A DNA stretch of 54,358 bases from contig NW_014040474.1 in NCBI RefSeq assembly GCF_001186125.1, forward strand, positions 43,727 through 98,084. The letters are read 5' to 3'. Positions within the stretch are counted from its first letter, which is position 1; every line of letters begins with the position of its first letter. The notes beneath the pieces were generated by a model that was not told where the DNA came from, did no database searches, and worked only from the letters and a program-made list of their open reading frames with translations. A program made the position numbers and the translations under genes. Shown here piece after piece: positions 1 through 14,159 of this stretch. This DNA comes from Sphaeroforma arctica JP610. Its lineage: Eukaryota.

Positions 1-397
1 ACATACATATACACATGTTCAGATACCTCTATATAATTATTTTTCAGATACCTGTATCCCCGGTATAGGTGCTAACACGTATTAATAAGCACGTACACTG
101 TTGCGGTATCTGGGCAGCCGCGACTACAAGGAGTCGTTTTAGGCACACGGGAGCAGTAAATATCTTACTGAAAGGACAAAAACACCAGTTTCCAACGCAA
201 ATCTGGTACACCATCAATTTGTAGGGGACAACATGTTACAATTAGACGCGACAATCAAAACTAAACGCTTTGCATAGTGCAATATGACAACGCCTGAAAA
301 CTACAAAGGCAACGGATTCGGCGTCGGACTTGAAGAATCCAAACCAAAGTACAAGAACACACTATGAAAGTATAATAGAGTATAAGCAGATCCATAC

Positions 398-504
398 CTT
401 TAAGTCTCGAATACTCAGCGACCCAATCAGGTGCCCTTCATCGTCCGTAATGGCCACCCCGCTCACGCCCTATATATATATATATATATATATCCACGTG
501 TTAA

Positions 505-542
<38 letters not shown>

Positions 543-3215
543 TACCCACGTGTTTGTACGAATGTACACTTTCGTGCATGGAGTGCTAGAAAAACCGATC
601 GTCTATGTGAACTGTCAACATGCCCCAACACCTCTATAATATACATGGAAGTGAGAATCAGCTGTCTGGACATGCCAACTATAGTGTAAAAACGTTAGTA
701 TTGAACGGTATACTGTAGACTGTGGGCAACTGGCAGTTGCCGTGATTCGTGACGTAGATTGCCAACACGGCGGAATACACATGTACGACACATGCGTACA
801 GTAGTAAATCTAACGTTATATATACGCGACAACAATCGTGTATTGAACCATGCAATTCGACGAACACCTATACAGATGAACAAGCAGAATACCTCTCACA
901 GCCCGTGACTTCAACGTCTTCAGACCAGGCTTTGATTGTGTTTGGCGCAACTCGAGCTTTATGATTATTGTTCGATAATGTCTAAATCAATATACGTTTA
1001 CGGTGACCAACGACTCCCTCTACAGACACTTCAGAGGTATGATCATAACCAAGGTAACTTACCGTTTTCCGTATCAGTTGAAAGGCCTCGATAGTTGTTT
1101 TGCCACCCTCGAGCGCTATGATTTTCTTGTCTTTGTTGTAAAAATCGGCCACACATGTGGTGCGTGTCGCATTCTCCTTGAAGGCTCCCTTCTTGCTTAT
1201 GTGCCGTACTAGTGCCGCCTGCGATATGATGGCCACTAGCTGTTCTTTATCAGTCTGCGCTTGGGTATAAGAGGTGTGCAAGCATTTAACGTGCTTAGAC
1301 GATTTATCAATGGGAGGTTGTGGACTGCTATATTTTTGATTTGTTGCGGAGCAGTAGAGCTCTCACTAAGTAAGCTTGAGTCGCTGCATGTTTGCCGTGC
1401 TAACGCCGCCGGACCAATTCATGCTATTAAAGTCACCCGCTGATTTGTTCAGTTAGAAGATAGTATCCAATGACAGTCAATAATGTGATCTTAAGCATCC
1501 GCTAATTTGTTCAGTTAGAAAATAGGATCCAAAGACAGTCGACAATGTGATCTTAGCCATTCGTGTGGCTTGGATGTTGGTGCCCATAAAACTTCACTGA
1601 AACTTCTACTTTCATCTCTACTACATTCTCGTGGAAGGAGGATGAACACTCAGTAACATGTAGTTGTTTGATCAGAGGTACGGACAATGCTTTGTTTCGT
1701 TTGGTCCTCACAACAATGAGGTGACCCATCTACATTGTTCTCCCAATCTACTCAGTGTGCTAACGACAAATCCAAAGATGTAACGTATTTTATGGGACGC
1801 AATGGGTACAGGAATGTCAGGCGTGTGCGTAAACAAGGTTTTCGATGACGTAAGCAAGGTTTGTGTACCTGATACCAATATGTAAGGGCTGGCCGTGGCT
1901 AATATGTGCACACACTTCGGAAAATAAACAAGAGCACTCCAACAAAATAAACACACCTATTTACCTACCTACAACCAACGACTCACAGAAATCGATAGAG
2001 GCCTGTGCATACAGGGCGTGGTGTGGACCTTGCAACTATACCTTTGTGGGGTCTAACACACAGATGCGGCGGATATACTTGTCACTCTCCGTCATCAGCT
2101 TGAGTGCATCGTTAAGTGAGGTGTCCGGGCTGACAGGTTTCCACGGATTGCTCTCGTCAAATTCTATGATTGATTTCAGATGAAGGGGTGGACTGATTTA
2201 GACCCACTCGCCCACTTTGAGGGGAGTTACAGTGTACACTTCGCGCCAATGGATACAAACATGGAAGACACCCATAAGACGTATGAATCACGTGAAAGGG
2301 TAGTCAAGGTCAAGAAGGGGTGTGCAGCATCCACGCCTGTACATTTGTCCCAGCATCGATCCATGTATAGCTCTTCAAATAGCTACATATGGCAGATTGA
2401 TGGTATGAACTATACCTTGTTCAGGGACGGGCTCGTGTATGTGACATACACTCTCACGCACACATGCCAGCCCACGCACATCAATAGAAACGCACTCGCA
2501 TCATCCACGATGTCATATGGTTCGCCAAAGAAATAACACTACATGAACCAAAGTAACCAAACAGGCCGGTAGGTAAGCTCACAAACTGGAAGAATTGCAT
2601 ATGGGCATGACCATCCCTTCCGGGCCACTTACTATATATGTCTTTGATTGGTGTGTCGATAAAGTAGGGTTTTTTGGACATGAGGCTGAGTACGTCGTGT
2701 CTTTGTATTTCTTCCAGTCCGAAAGTATCGACCAGCACGCGCACGATGTCCATTAGATCCATAGAACCCAAGAACTTTTTGGCCTCCTCATCCCACACGG
2801 GTGCGGATAACAAAGACTCTTTTGTGAATATCTGCACGGCGAATATAAAAAAGTTTTTATATATATAAACTATTGTATGGAAGCCACGCGAATATACAGT
2901 GCATATAACGGGATTCAGGAAAGGGATGCCATTGTCAAGACCAGTACAAGGGATTTGAATGGTCTTGGAGTGGGACACTTGACACGTTAAGCTTTCAACA
3001 GACAGTGTTACCTGGCGGAATTTGATTGTCGGTATATTGCAAAGAACAAAAGATTAATAGTTTCAAATACATGCATCTTTTGAGCCAATCGTCAATAATG
3101 GATTCTATTGTACAATATATACACATTTCTCTCATACTATGGCGCTAAAGTAGAAGTGTGTATAGAATCGATTCCTCATATATATATGTATATATATATA
3201 TATATATATATACAA

Positions 3216-3301
<86 letters not shown>

Positions 3302-3713
3302 TANNNNNNNNNNNNNNNNNNNNNNNNNNNNNNNNNNNNNNNNNNNNNNNNNNNNNNNNNNNNNNNNNNNNNNNNNNNNNNNNNNNNNNNNNNNNNNNNN
3401 NNNNNNNNNNNNNNNNNNNNNNNNNNNNNNNNNNNNNNNNNNNNNNNNNNNNNNNNNNNNNNNNNNNNNNNNNNNNNNNNNNNNNNNNNNNNNNNNNNNN
3501 NNNNNNNNNNNNNNNNNNNNNNNNNNNNNNNNNNNNNNNNNNNNNNNNNNNNNNNNNNNNNNNNNNNNNNNNNNNNNNNNNNNNNNNNNNNNNNNNNNNN
3601 NNNNNNNNNNNNNNNNNNNNNNNNNNNNNNNNNNNNNNNNNNNNNNNNNNNNNNNNNNNNNNNNNNNNNNNNNNNNNNNNNNNNNNNNNNNNNNNNNNNN
3701 NNNNNNNNNNNNN

Positions 3714-3747
<34 letters not shown>

Positions 3748-3895
3748 CTTTCACATATTCTTCCTTTGAAATTCTTCTGTCACGATCAAGTACCTGTAAG
3801 CATTGGTTAATACTGTAGCAACTGTCCAGGATGCAGATATTATTAGCCCGTGGAAATGGTACGTCAGAGACGCTCTGCCCTTGTATGTCCAGCAT
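398..3895 (-). CDS. CBS-domain protein (SDS23/AMPK gamma-subunit-like), 3' part unresolved or beyond the left edge
   Basis: Phase-consistent GT-AG exons: 3895-3794 ([18 protein letters not shown]), 2831-2633 ([30 protein letters not shown]), 2163-2042 ([27 protein letters not shown]), 1254-1063 ([25 protein letters not shown]) and 469-398 ([24 protein letters not shown]). These are typical CBS repeat motifs. Exons below 398 are uncertain. An N-gap lies in intron 1. Confidence 0.85.
1437..1560. repeat. 62-bp tandem duplication in a CBS gene intron
   Basis: ccgctgatttgttcagttagaagatag... at 1437 recurs as ccgctaatttgttcagttagaaaatag... at 1499. Confidence 0.85.
3180..3745. repeat. (TA)n and (GT)n microsatellites flanking assembly gap 3304-3713
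   Basis: Directly visible in the sequence. Confidence 0.95.
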
Positions 3896-4653
3896 TTCGA
3901 ATCAAATATGTCCCTTTGTTAGATGATATCACTTCACAACGATTCAGCTGTGTTCACTGCTTGCTCTATTAAGTGTGTTTATGTGTCTTCCTTGTATCGA
4001 GTACCAGCATACAGTCATACACAACAAGATATGTGACGACGACTAAATTTTATAAATGGAGATGTATTTGTAATTATGTAATAATATTTGTCACTAGTTT
4101 TTATAGCTCGAATATATCAAAAAAAAAAGCCAAAAGGAGTAATGTTGGGTTTTATCTCTCTTGGGTTGTCCACTGTCTAACCTCAGTACGCTTTGCGGTA
4201 GAACGTATAAAAATCGTTCAACGTTTACATTGTTCTGGTCCTATATGTTTGATTTATGTACAATACGTAAATACGGTCTAAATAATATATAGTCAGAGCT
4301 CAGACCCTTTCTGCCCCACCGAGTATGTATACCGTTTAAAAAACGCTAATAACGTATATGCTAAACTACCTTAACGTATTGGGTTGCTACTGTAAAAGGC
4401 CATTTCCCGCTCCGTGTGGCCCGCCGCCCGGAAGAGGACGGGGATGACGATATCAGACTTTTTATGGCGTGCTATATACATCGATTATTTTAGGGTCACC
4501 CCGGCAATCCGTAAGTCGTCGACCCATAATAAAACATAATACGACCTGTAGTAAGTGGTTAGGACATGCTCAAAAGTCATATAGTAAGTCGTTAGGAGTT
4601 GACCTTGAATGAGTTTATAAAGACATATAGTGTGCCATTAATTTGCTAGCGCT

Positions 4654-5843
4654 ATGAGTGATTCCAAAGCTAAAGCACAGCCACAACCCAGTGTCTTTGT
4701 CCCGGCAGATGTCGACACAACCGCTTATGAAAAAAGACTACAGCAGATCAAGAAGGATCTGAAGTCCATTGCAAGTTTAGGCACTCGATACGAGCGCAAT
4801 GTAGCCCGCCGAGAGGTGTGTTAAAGGTTCTTGTGCTCGATGTGATGTTACGTGAGTTTGACATTTGTCCTTGTATTGCAGAGCAAGAGGGGTCTGAAGT
4901 TCCATCGTAGGCTTAGGTACTAGAAACTAACGCAGTTTAGACATCCGAGTGGTGTATACTTCTTCTGCGTTTGTTTATTATTGAGTGAATTGAATATATA
5001 TGTACTAGGTAATATACTAGGTAATATACTAGGTAACGACTATCTGTAGTTCTACTTGCGTCTGACTCGGTGTCCAGAGACTTGTAGTTTTCCATACATA
5101 CCACGTTGAATACAGGCGGACGGAAGCTTTATGAATGGTGGGTATGTACGTATTGCCATTCCATTTAACATGCTTTATGAATGGTGAGTATGTACGTATC
5201 ATCATTCCATAAAACATGCTTTATGAATGGTGAGTATGTACGTATAGCCATTCCATTTAACATGCTTTTTGGATGGTGAGTGTGTACGTATTATCATTCC
5301 ATATAACATACTTTAAGAATGGCGAGTATGTCCGTATCACCATTCCCTATAACATGCGGTGCTCATGAAATGCAAGCGCGTGTATGGATTGAACAGCGTT
5401 TATATTTATTAAATAATCGTGTATGTATATCATCGTCGATAAACGGATCCAGTTGGCGTAACTTCATCCTCAGCGATTACCATTTGATCAGTATTTGACC
5501 TACCTTTTACGTTACTTGAATCTGGCATACATATATATGTCTAAGTGTACCTCTTTTTGCCTGTTTGGTGATACCATCATATAAGCTGTTAACTAAACTT
5601 CCTGCTCTGTTCCGAATATTAGGTATGGCGTGACAACGAGTTGCTGCTTATGGATCTAGAGGATGCCAAAGTAGTCGAGGAAGCAAAGACTGACAGCAAG
5701 GTGATATTGAGTATATAACGTACATCGTAGATACAGCTGTATATACATTCAGATAGACTAGTAACACTGCGGAATGTAGCTAAATTGTCATGAATAATAT
5801 GAGTCTTATATGTGATATGTATATATATATATATATGTGTGTG

Positions 5844-5892
<49 letters not shown>

Positions 5893-8800
5893 TTAAATAT
5901 ACACGTATGATATATATATTTATATATATATATATATATATTTACGCGCGTGTGTGAGTGTGTGTGTGTGTAAATGTATATGTGGTCATCACCTGTGTAG
6001 TGAGCGTGATATTTTTCAGAGAATGTATCTAAGGGCATGATTATCTCCAGTGTTCGTAATCTATCCGTCAATGTCAGAAACCATTCAAGTGGACCCATAA
6101 ACCTCGCGGCATTGATACTCGCCGTCATCAGTTTGAACGTCTATCCGTTATATCAGTGGCAAAAAGAAAACCAAGAGCTACGCGATCAACTGACAATTGA
6201 ACCAGTTGAGGTCGCTAAAACTCCGTTGAGCAGCGTGTTGGAGAAACTGCGGTACCTGGCCCTGTTGATCTGGTTTTTTGGTGGGCTGTGGATTATCTTC
6301 CTGTCGTCGCCTCTGCGATGGTGCCACCCTGCACTCCGCCGACTGGGTATGTTAACGCATTGGTCTGAAATGGAGACTGAGTCGTACGTATTGGTACCAT
6401 GTGCTGTATTTTGAACGAGGGCGTGTTTCACCTCTATTAAAACATTGAAGTGTTCTGCTGCCAATCTTCACTTGTTGCAGGCTGGGTCCGTAGCGGATAT
6501 ACCGCTAGAATACATGGTGTCGTAACAACCCAGCACTTCCACTCGTGTGCCTATACACTCATTGGACCATCCTATCTGTTGATTCCTCCTTTCTCCGTTG
6601 ATCCTGTATTATCGTATATATATATATATATTTATATATATCATCACCAAAGGAGAATTTTTGAGGTCTATTTGCTGTTGATCATAAACTCGTACGGAGA
6701 TTTAGGACTCGTTGCATGTCATACGGCGCTTGTTTTCAGCCGAACAATACCATCTGTTGTATAGCACATGCGGCTCACGCAACTATTCCTCTCTCTTCCC
6801 ATCCAGGAATACCGAACGATTTTCTACCAATAGATATTATGACGAAAATTCACGCCAAGGGGCTCATCAAATGCACGGGTGTGATGTAAGTTCACTTGTT
6901 GTGTCTACGTTGTGGAACCCGGTGCACGCTTCCACTGGTTTAGCATTGAGTTATGCGTGCATGCGTGTTCTTTTCGCAGTCGACATCGTATCAACACACA
7001 TTCAAACAGTTTGAGCAAGCAAGTCTGCGTATGCATGCTCAGACGCTTCTGCTCTGAGGGCCGTGGCGTGTGCACATCCGCGCCGTTGTCCGATTACTAT
7101 GAGTTCTAATGCACATCCATTTACGGATAGGTGCTCAACGCAATCACACCGGTTCCAAAGAGTATACTATTGAGGTGTAACTCTTCTGTTCGCTTCCATA
7201 TTATTGATTTTATGTGACAGTCCCTCGGTACAAGGAGCGGAAGAAAGAGAATATCCTCCCGCCCAGCCCTATCTCACGATGTTCGCGCATCCCTCTAACC
7301 TAGATCCTATTGTTTTGCTCGGGACGTCGCCTGTTATACACAAGGTGTGTCGCAAATTCATGAATAGTGTTTGAAGCTGAGAGCAAAATCAAAGAGTGTG
7401 CCATTGTCCTTGGGTAAATTGAGAATTGATTGTCTTGACGTTCTAACATAAAGTGTTTCCAATCATGCGCGTACGCACTCACGACTCAAGTACCGATTCC
7501 TTCAACGCAGGCAATCGGCAAACAGTCCTTGTTCTTGACTCCAATAATAGGATGGGCGATGCGGTTCGCAATGGGTAGTGTCCCAGTTGACAGGTGAGTA
7601 TGTGGATCATAAGATGTGCGCATGGAACGGCCTGGTGCATTGCCCGTGATATCCTGAGTGTTCTTGCCCAGCCCAGGTTTACACACTGCACACCAGATGG
7701 TGATAGGATCGTATTGCGTGTTTTGTGTAGCGTGAAATCTGGTTCGTGTCGTTCTAGAGGGGGTGTTGTGTTTGCGTCTATCCCATATGTAAAGGTCATT
7801 TGATACTGGTCCAGGTTAATGCGTATCTATAGCAAGATCTCAGTTCTGAGCCCACAACCTTCACATAGTCGTTATGGTTTAGAAACCTTGTGAGTACTTG
7901 CAGGATTTCTGTTGGGATTGTGTCTATGTTGTTATTACTATCATTACGTACTTTTTTGGCCGTCGCTGTTGGTATAGTTGATTGTCACATTGTGAAAGAA
8001 TGCAGTACAACACACTAAGTGCGCCCCCAACTATTTACATTGGGATTCAATGCATCTGTTGACACTCAACCCCCCAGGCAAATAGGGTGTGATTAGAGTG
8101 TAGGTGCAAAGACCTACGTCCTAGTGTGTTATACGTACTTGCACAACATATGGAACGTACCATCTCCACGTCTGCACAGGGGTTCGCTGAAGAAGGCAAA
8201 GCAGCAGCTGGATCGGCTCAAGATCTCTATGCAGCGATGGGGTAGATGCCTGATGATCTCACCCGAGGGCACTCGCCAACCACAGGGCCAGCTACAGCCA
8301 TTCAAGAAGGGGCCTTTCCACCTACAACACGATGTATGCCGCACGCTGTGATGGTTGTAGTGCTTTGTGTGTATGTACATAGTACATAGTTTGTGTGTTT
8401 GTACTTAGTACTTAGATTTTGTGTGTGTACTTAGTACAATACGGTAAGCGACCGTGTGTATATCACGAGGCGGTAGAGAGTAGACGACGGTATGTTTGTA
8501 CAAGCAGGTGGGCGTTGTGCAATTAAGGGAACACATATATCTTGACACTGTAGATGTATTACAGCGGGTCAGTGGCAGAACATCCCGCGCGTAAACTAGC
8601 ATATCTACTGCTATATCCGAATAGTGTCTCGGAATCGGTAGCAAAATATCGCAGGGATATCGATCACTCACCGCACTGTACTGGTTCAACCACCTTCTAC
8701 TTACACGCCGCCCAACGCACATTAGGTTGCGCACCATTTAACGGTGTACCTATTGATCTTATGTCATTTGCACTCCCATCCTCAAACGGACTTGGACTTG

Positions 8801-10522
8801 AGCGGTACGGTCACGCACAAGGACGATTCCACATGAGTACTTCAAATGGCATTTATTTTTTATATCTTGCGACAATTATTGCATGGGATTGTGATTTTGA
8901 CTCTGTCGGCGAACTAAAAGTATATATGCTCTCATTTGCCTGCAGCTCAATTGTGCGATTTCGCCCGTGATTCATTTTGGCCCATTTGAGCTATGGCCTC
9001 GGTCCAGAAAGTTGAGTGCACCTGGACATGTGATTATCAGGTATCTACCGCTGTATTATCCAAAAAAGGGGGCCGATCACAACCAGGTTCGACGATCCCT
9101 ACGAAGGTGAGACATTCTCATCAGATATATGGGCATGTTGAGGGACGACTTCACGCTGCCGATAGTGACGCGATCGTGCTTGATGAAACATGCAAATGCC
9201 ACTCTGCTTCCAGTGCATTTAGTAGATGATTGGTTGTGCATGTCCCGAAAATGAGTGTTATTCTCAAGCCATGTTGAGCATTGTTATGTAGGCATTTGGA
9301 TATGGGGATACTTATTTTTCTGGTCATATCATCATATTATGTATATACACGGTCTCAAATGTGTATGTGGTGTACTCTGCTTGCACGTATGTATACGTAC
9401 CGAATCTTTATTGCTGAATCTGCCGTAGGTGTCCATTCATATATGTTTATATATATATATATAAATGTGTGTGTGTATGTATATATATATATATATGTAT
9501 ATATATATGTATATATATATATATGTATGTATATGTACATATGTATATAAATAGCGAATGCAATGCTTGTACGTATGTATACGTACCGAAACTTAATTGC
9601 TGAATATGTTGTAGTGTGGCCATATATATGTTTATATATATATCGCTTACTAACAGCTCTAAAGCTACCGTAGTGGTTACAAGAACTTATACTGGCATCT
9701 CTGCCCATTTCTGTACTAGATACATGCTGGAAGAATCGTGCAAAGACACTCCGAAAGATGCAGGACAGCCGCTCTCAGACAGTGAAACAATCCAAGCATA
9801 CGTGTTTCTCGTGTTCGTTTTCATCTTTGGTATTGTGGAACTCTGGGGTACCTACAGGTATGTAGAAGTTTTCTTACCATGTAGATACTGCAGTAACCTG
9901 AACCAGTGTTCTTTGCCATGCTGCGCTATTGCTGTGGTTATTTCTCCTACAGCCTGAGTTTACGCGTTGTGTGCGAACAGTATGCTTGTTTTGTCTGTTC
10001 GGTACACCGCCCTCATGCAGAAGCCTTTCCCCTATGTGTGAACATAGAATAAATTATAGAGAAATATTAGTTTGGATCGCATTCCTTTTTTACTATTAAT
10101 TTTAGATTTGATTAATATATTTAGCTTTAGAAGATTGTACCAGCTATCCGGAGCCACACGACTTCGGTCCGCTGTGTAATTGATAAATGTTATGCATCAT
10201 ACAGCCTTACGAGTGAAAAATCTGGTCAGGAGAACTTGCAGTGGGCTACTAACTGCAGAACTAGCAAGGATTACTTGCACAATATGGCACAAATGTGCCG
10301 AGAACGCGGACGATTCCTTATCGTATATCTCTCCACTGATCCGTTTACAGTCTAGGGTGCCTGATGTTCCACGGTTGGTCTGTGCTTGCTATCTGCATAT
10401 TCTTGAGCGCTGCCTTCGTTGGCTTAGAATTGGCGGTGTTCTATGGCTTGTCGCTACCAACCAGCGGAGATATCATTGACAGACTTACGGGACATACGCC
10501 TGCAGCTGTGAAAGAAATATGA
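4654..10522 (+). CDS. 1-acyl-sn-glycerol-3-phosphate acyltransferase (PlsC/AGPAT/LPLAT family), paralog 1, ~446 aa
   Basis: Ten phase-consistent exons: 4654-4815, 5623-5700, 6157-6346, 6807-6885, 7221-7344, 7511-7593, 8180-8333, 8946-9106, 9720-9857, 10351-10522. Motifs seen: HX4D (AHPSNLD), GKQSLF..PIIGW, VPVDR, SPEGTR, PFKKGPF and ISPV. Confidence 0.92.
5128..5357. repeat. ~44-bp minisatellite (~5 copies) in intron 1 of acyltransferase 1
   Basis: The unit gctttatgaatggtgagtatgtacgtat...cattccat..aacat is repeated. Confidence 0.85.
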
Positions 10523-10826
10523 GAAGTACAGGGAGTAGGATTAGAATAGCATATAGTCTTGTAATGTTCAGTAAAAGCTGCCGAATAGCAATTTCTTGCA
10601 AAAATTGAGGTACAGATGTACAACATCGGGTCCACTAGAGAAGCAATATATAACAACAATTATACGAGGAATCTTTTGATAGGTTCTTGATACATTTGTA
10701 GACTAGAGCTGTTTTTTCTCATATACACGCTGCATGAGTACTCAGTTTTATTTATAGTTGTATCTCCAATACCGAAAACTTATTTACGCAAGGCATAAAG
10801 GCTCGTTGCACACAGTCAACTTCTTA

Positions 10827-11100
10827 TGCAGGCTGTACTAACGGAGACAGGGTACCTGTTACAATTCACAAGTGATCCTGGTGCAAAAACATCACTGGTA
10901 AGGCAAAGTGTCATCTTCTATCGCAGTCTATCTGTTGTAAGAAGTCAAGATATGTATCACTAGTGCAGGCCGCACTATCGGAGACAGGGTACTTGTTACA
11001 ATTCACAAGTGATCCTGGTGCAAAAACATCACTGGCAAGGCAAAGTGTCATCTTTTATCGCAGTCTATCTGTTGTAAGAAGACAAGATATGTATCACTAG
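10827..11100. repeat. 137-bp tandem duplication (2 copies)
   Basis: tgcaggc...ggagacagggtac.tgttacaattcacaagtgatcctggtgcaaaaacatcactgg...gatatgtatcactag starts at 10827 and again at 10964. Confidence 0.9.
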
Positions 11101-14058
11101 ACCAACCGGCATTCTGTATGTCAATTGTTGAACATAGAGAATGCACCTTCGTTTACCTCTAGCAATGCAGGTTCGAGTATTTACTTATTTTAATGGAGTT
11201 CCAGTTGATTTGCCTATGATGTGTAGTATACTGTGCTGCCGTGGTTCACACTTGCCCCTCATCCAGCAGACTCTAATTCATAATTATTACGTACATCGTG
11301 CTAATCTGTACGTCTTCCACAACATTTACAGACATAGTTGTGAAGTAGCTTATATCCAATTTAAGAACTTTATCCGCTCGCTCGCTATTCAAGTACCCAA
11401 TGTGTGATTTTCTAATAAGTACAAGTAACTCATTTCCAACGCCTACGGCTGATACGGATCCCATCATGGCTCTAAAAGCTGCAACTGAAATTTCTCGTAT
11501 CGAATATTGAAGACCCGTACCTGGTATTCTCGTCGCAATTTTCTGGTGATGTGTAAGCTGACTATTTAGAAACCCATGAAATGATTTAACAGAGAACAAT
11601 AGACAGCATGGTAGCACTTCTCTGTGGGCAAATAGAAAACTCGTAGTCAGTGCTGTCTGCTAATACTCGTATTGAAATATGAATACTCTACAATTCATGC
11701 TACAATCCTGTTGATTTAAAGTTGCAATGCGCGTGTGTGGATGTGTGCCCAATACGGTTATACCGGTAACTCAGGTGCACGTGACGAGTGCGTGCACCCA
11801 CAATCTTGTCTCTTTCATTTTTTTGGGTGTACCCATAACCTATAATACAAAACATTCGGAAGGCTATGTATCACTTTATTTTTTTAAATCCCCCGGAATT
11901 ATAACAAACCAAAACAAAAATCCAACACATCAGTTTTCTTGTGACTTTTATACTGCCACACTAAATACACATTGCTTTGCATTTCAATGTAGGTGTCTGG
12001 GTTTATTTTCAATTCACATAGTCCATCGGTAACTAGAGTACTTCTCATTCTGCCGCTGAAGGATCGTCCAATCCATATTTTCTGCTACGGTAGAAATCGG
12101 TTCTAATTGCCTACTGATATATGGTTATAATTTTGAGCTAGAGTAGCGGAGCTTATAATCAATTGTGCTGTACTTAGAATTTGCATATCACCCAGATAAA
12201 AAATGTTAACCCCCCCCCCCCCCCCCTACAGGATGACTTTCTCAATCAAGTAAGTATAGAATGATCAATCTAACGTCATATGGGTTAAGCACTAGAAGAA
12301 TCTTTACTAATAGGATTACCTCGTAGGGAGATCACGGTGGGGATGGTGGAGGGTCCCTCCCCGGAACCCGGGGATCCGTCCTGTCCCTTCGGGGTAGTGT
12401 CCCTCCTGATGTACACCCCTCCTCCAGTACCCTACCCCTTCGGGGTGATGGGGGAGGGTGGTGACCCTCCCCCTCCTACACCTTCGGTTCCTCGGGAAGA
12501 CTGTAGCATAAGAGGGTGGTGGAGGGTCCCTCCCCGGGTTCCGGGGAGGCGGCCCATCCTGTCCCTTCGGGGTTCCGTAGGGACTCTTATAATATATTAT
12601 ATCCTACATGCACCTGCGGTACCCTCGGGAGCCCTCTACGATAGAATTGCCCCGTAGGGGGATGAGGGGTGCCTTTAGGAGGGTCACCAGGGGAGACCCT
12701 CCACCATGATCCCCCTACGGGGTAATCATACTCTCCTATACTTACAGATGTACATGTGTCTACCCTTCATACTACCTTGTGAACTACACAGAACCAACAC
12801 CCTCTCATTTAGTTTTCCTGTCTGCTACTTTCTTTTTTATTTAAGGGTTATCTCTCTTATTCTCTAAATGTCTATAACCTGTTTGGGGGTACCTCTATCG
12901 TTGTCTTGATAAAAGGAATAGCTGCTACTTGGTTAAGACTACCTATAACTTAGGTATTTACAGTCCAATAAGCTTCGTGTTCAGCTTTAGACCCTATGTA
13001 ATCAGTTCGGACCTCTTCTAGTTATAGTGGAGACCTTCCCTTCGGAGAAGACACGGGGATGACCACCCTGCTGTTCACCACTCCCGTAGAGAGGTGTACC
13101 GAATGTGCCTGTAGGATATATTAGATTAGATTAGATTATAAGGGTCCTTACGGAACCCCGAAGGGACAGGACGGGTCCCTGGGTTCCGGGAAGGGACCCC
13201 CCACCATGGTAGAGGGAACCCGCCTTCAGGAAGGATGGTTCTAAGATGAGATGAGATGAGATACATCCCTGCTTTCGGATGGTCGAGGGTGGTGGGGACA
13301 GGGGCAGGGACAACCTCGTACTGTCCCCTTCGGGGATATACCTAGTTGTGAAGAATAAAATAGAGATTCAGTAGCCTCTCACTAAACTAGTCAATAGGAA
13401 GGGGAAATATAATTTTGTTAACCGATGGAGAGATAGGCTCTCTCTTTTACCCTCTGTAAGGGACTCTTTTTAGTATACAGTCTCATATAACAAAGAGATT
13501 AATAAGTGCACTAGCTGATTAGACCAATAAACTGACAATCGGCATAGGGTATTCCTGTTACCAGTACCAAGAAATTTGTCCACCACTATTCTGAGGTAAA
13601 TTCTCCCCATCCATGACCTTCTGTCTACAAGAGAGACACACTGGGGTAATAAGTTTTATATTATCTCCTGAGATTTAAAAAGTTTATCTAATCACGGGAC
13701 TATAGTTTCTATTAAAGCGCTACTCTACTTTTATATAGATAAATTTACATCGTAGAGAGCAAGTGGGCTCCCGAGGGCACCGAAGGTGCCTGTAGGAGGG
13801 TCCCCCCTCCACCACCCTCTTATGCTACAGTCTTCCCGAGGGGATGAGAGATCTCTACGAGATCTTCCATGTACGAGGGCTTCTGCCCTCTACCATTAGC
13901 TTATCTTCTGCCATCTCCTTGTGTACTCTTACCTTTATAACACAGTATATCTCTACTCCCCCTGAGTCAGCTACCCCTTATCGATATCACTTGTACCCCA
14001 AGGGAACAGGACAAGATAGGACACCTCTCTCCCACTTAACCACCCTTCACACCCTAGA

Positions 14059-14132
14059 AGGTGTTTAGCTCAATAAGGCAGAGCATTACACTTTTAATGT
14101 ATTGGCTGTGGGTTCAAATCCCGCAACACCTA
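14059..14132 (+). tRNA. trnK: tRNA-Lys (UUU), mitochondrial/bacterial type
   Basis: Cloverleaf AGGTGTT-TA-GCTC AATAAGGCA GAGC-A-TTACA CTTTTAA TGTAT-TGGCT-GTGGG TTCAAAT CCCGC-AACACCT-A, with a perfect acceptor stem. Confidence 0.9.
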
Positions 14133-14159
14133 CATCTTAAGAAGTTTAACGTAAAAAAA

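Noticed and set aside
3108..3895. Long ORFs rich in YI/IY/VC/TH and X (also 330-689, 21088-21739, 26748-27325, 49157-50363)
   Set aside because: They are translations of (TA)n/(CA)n microsatellites and N-gaps. Only 3895-3794 is a real exon.
8738..11213. Peptide match FNGVPIDL (8738) vs FNGVPVDL (~11189)
   Set aside because: An 8-aa match with no flanking similarity is expected by chance among six-frame translations of 54 kb.
12940..12994. tRNA-Tyr-like CTGTAAA loop on the - strand
   Set aside because: The anticodon stem does not pair, and there is no T-arm or acceptor stem.
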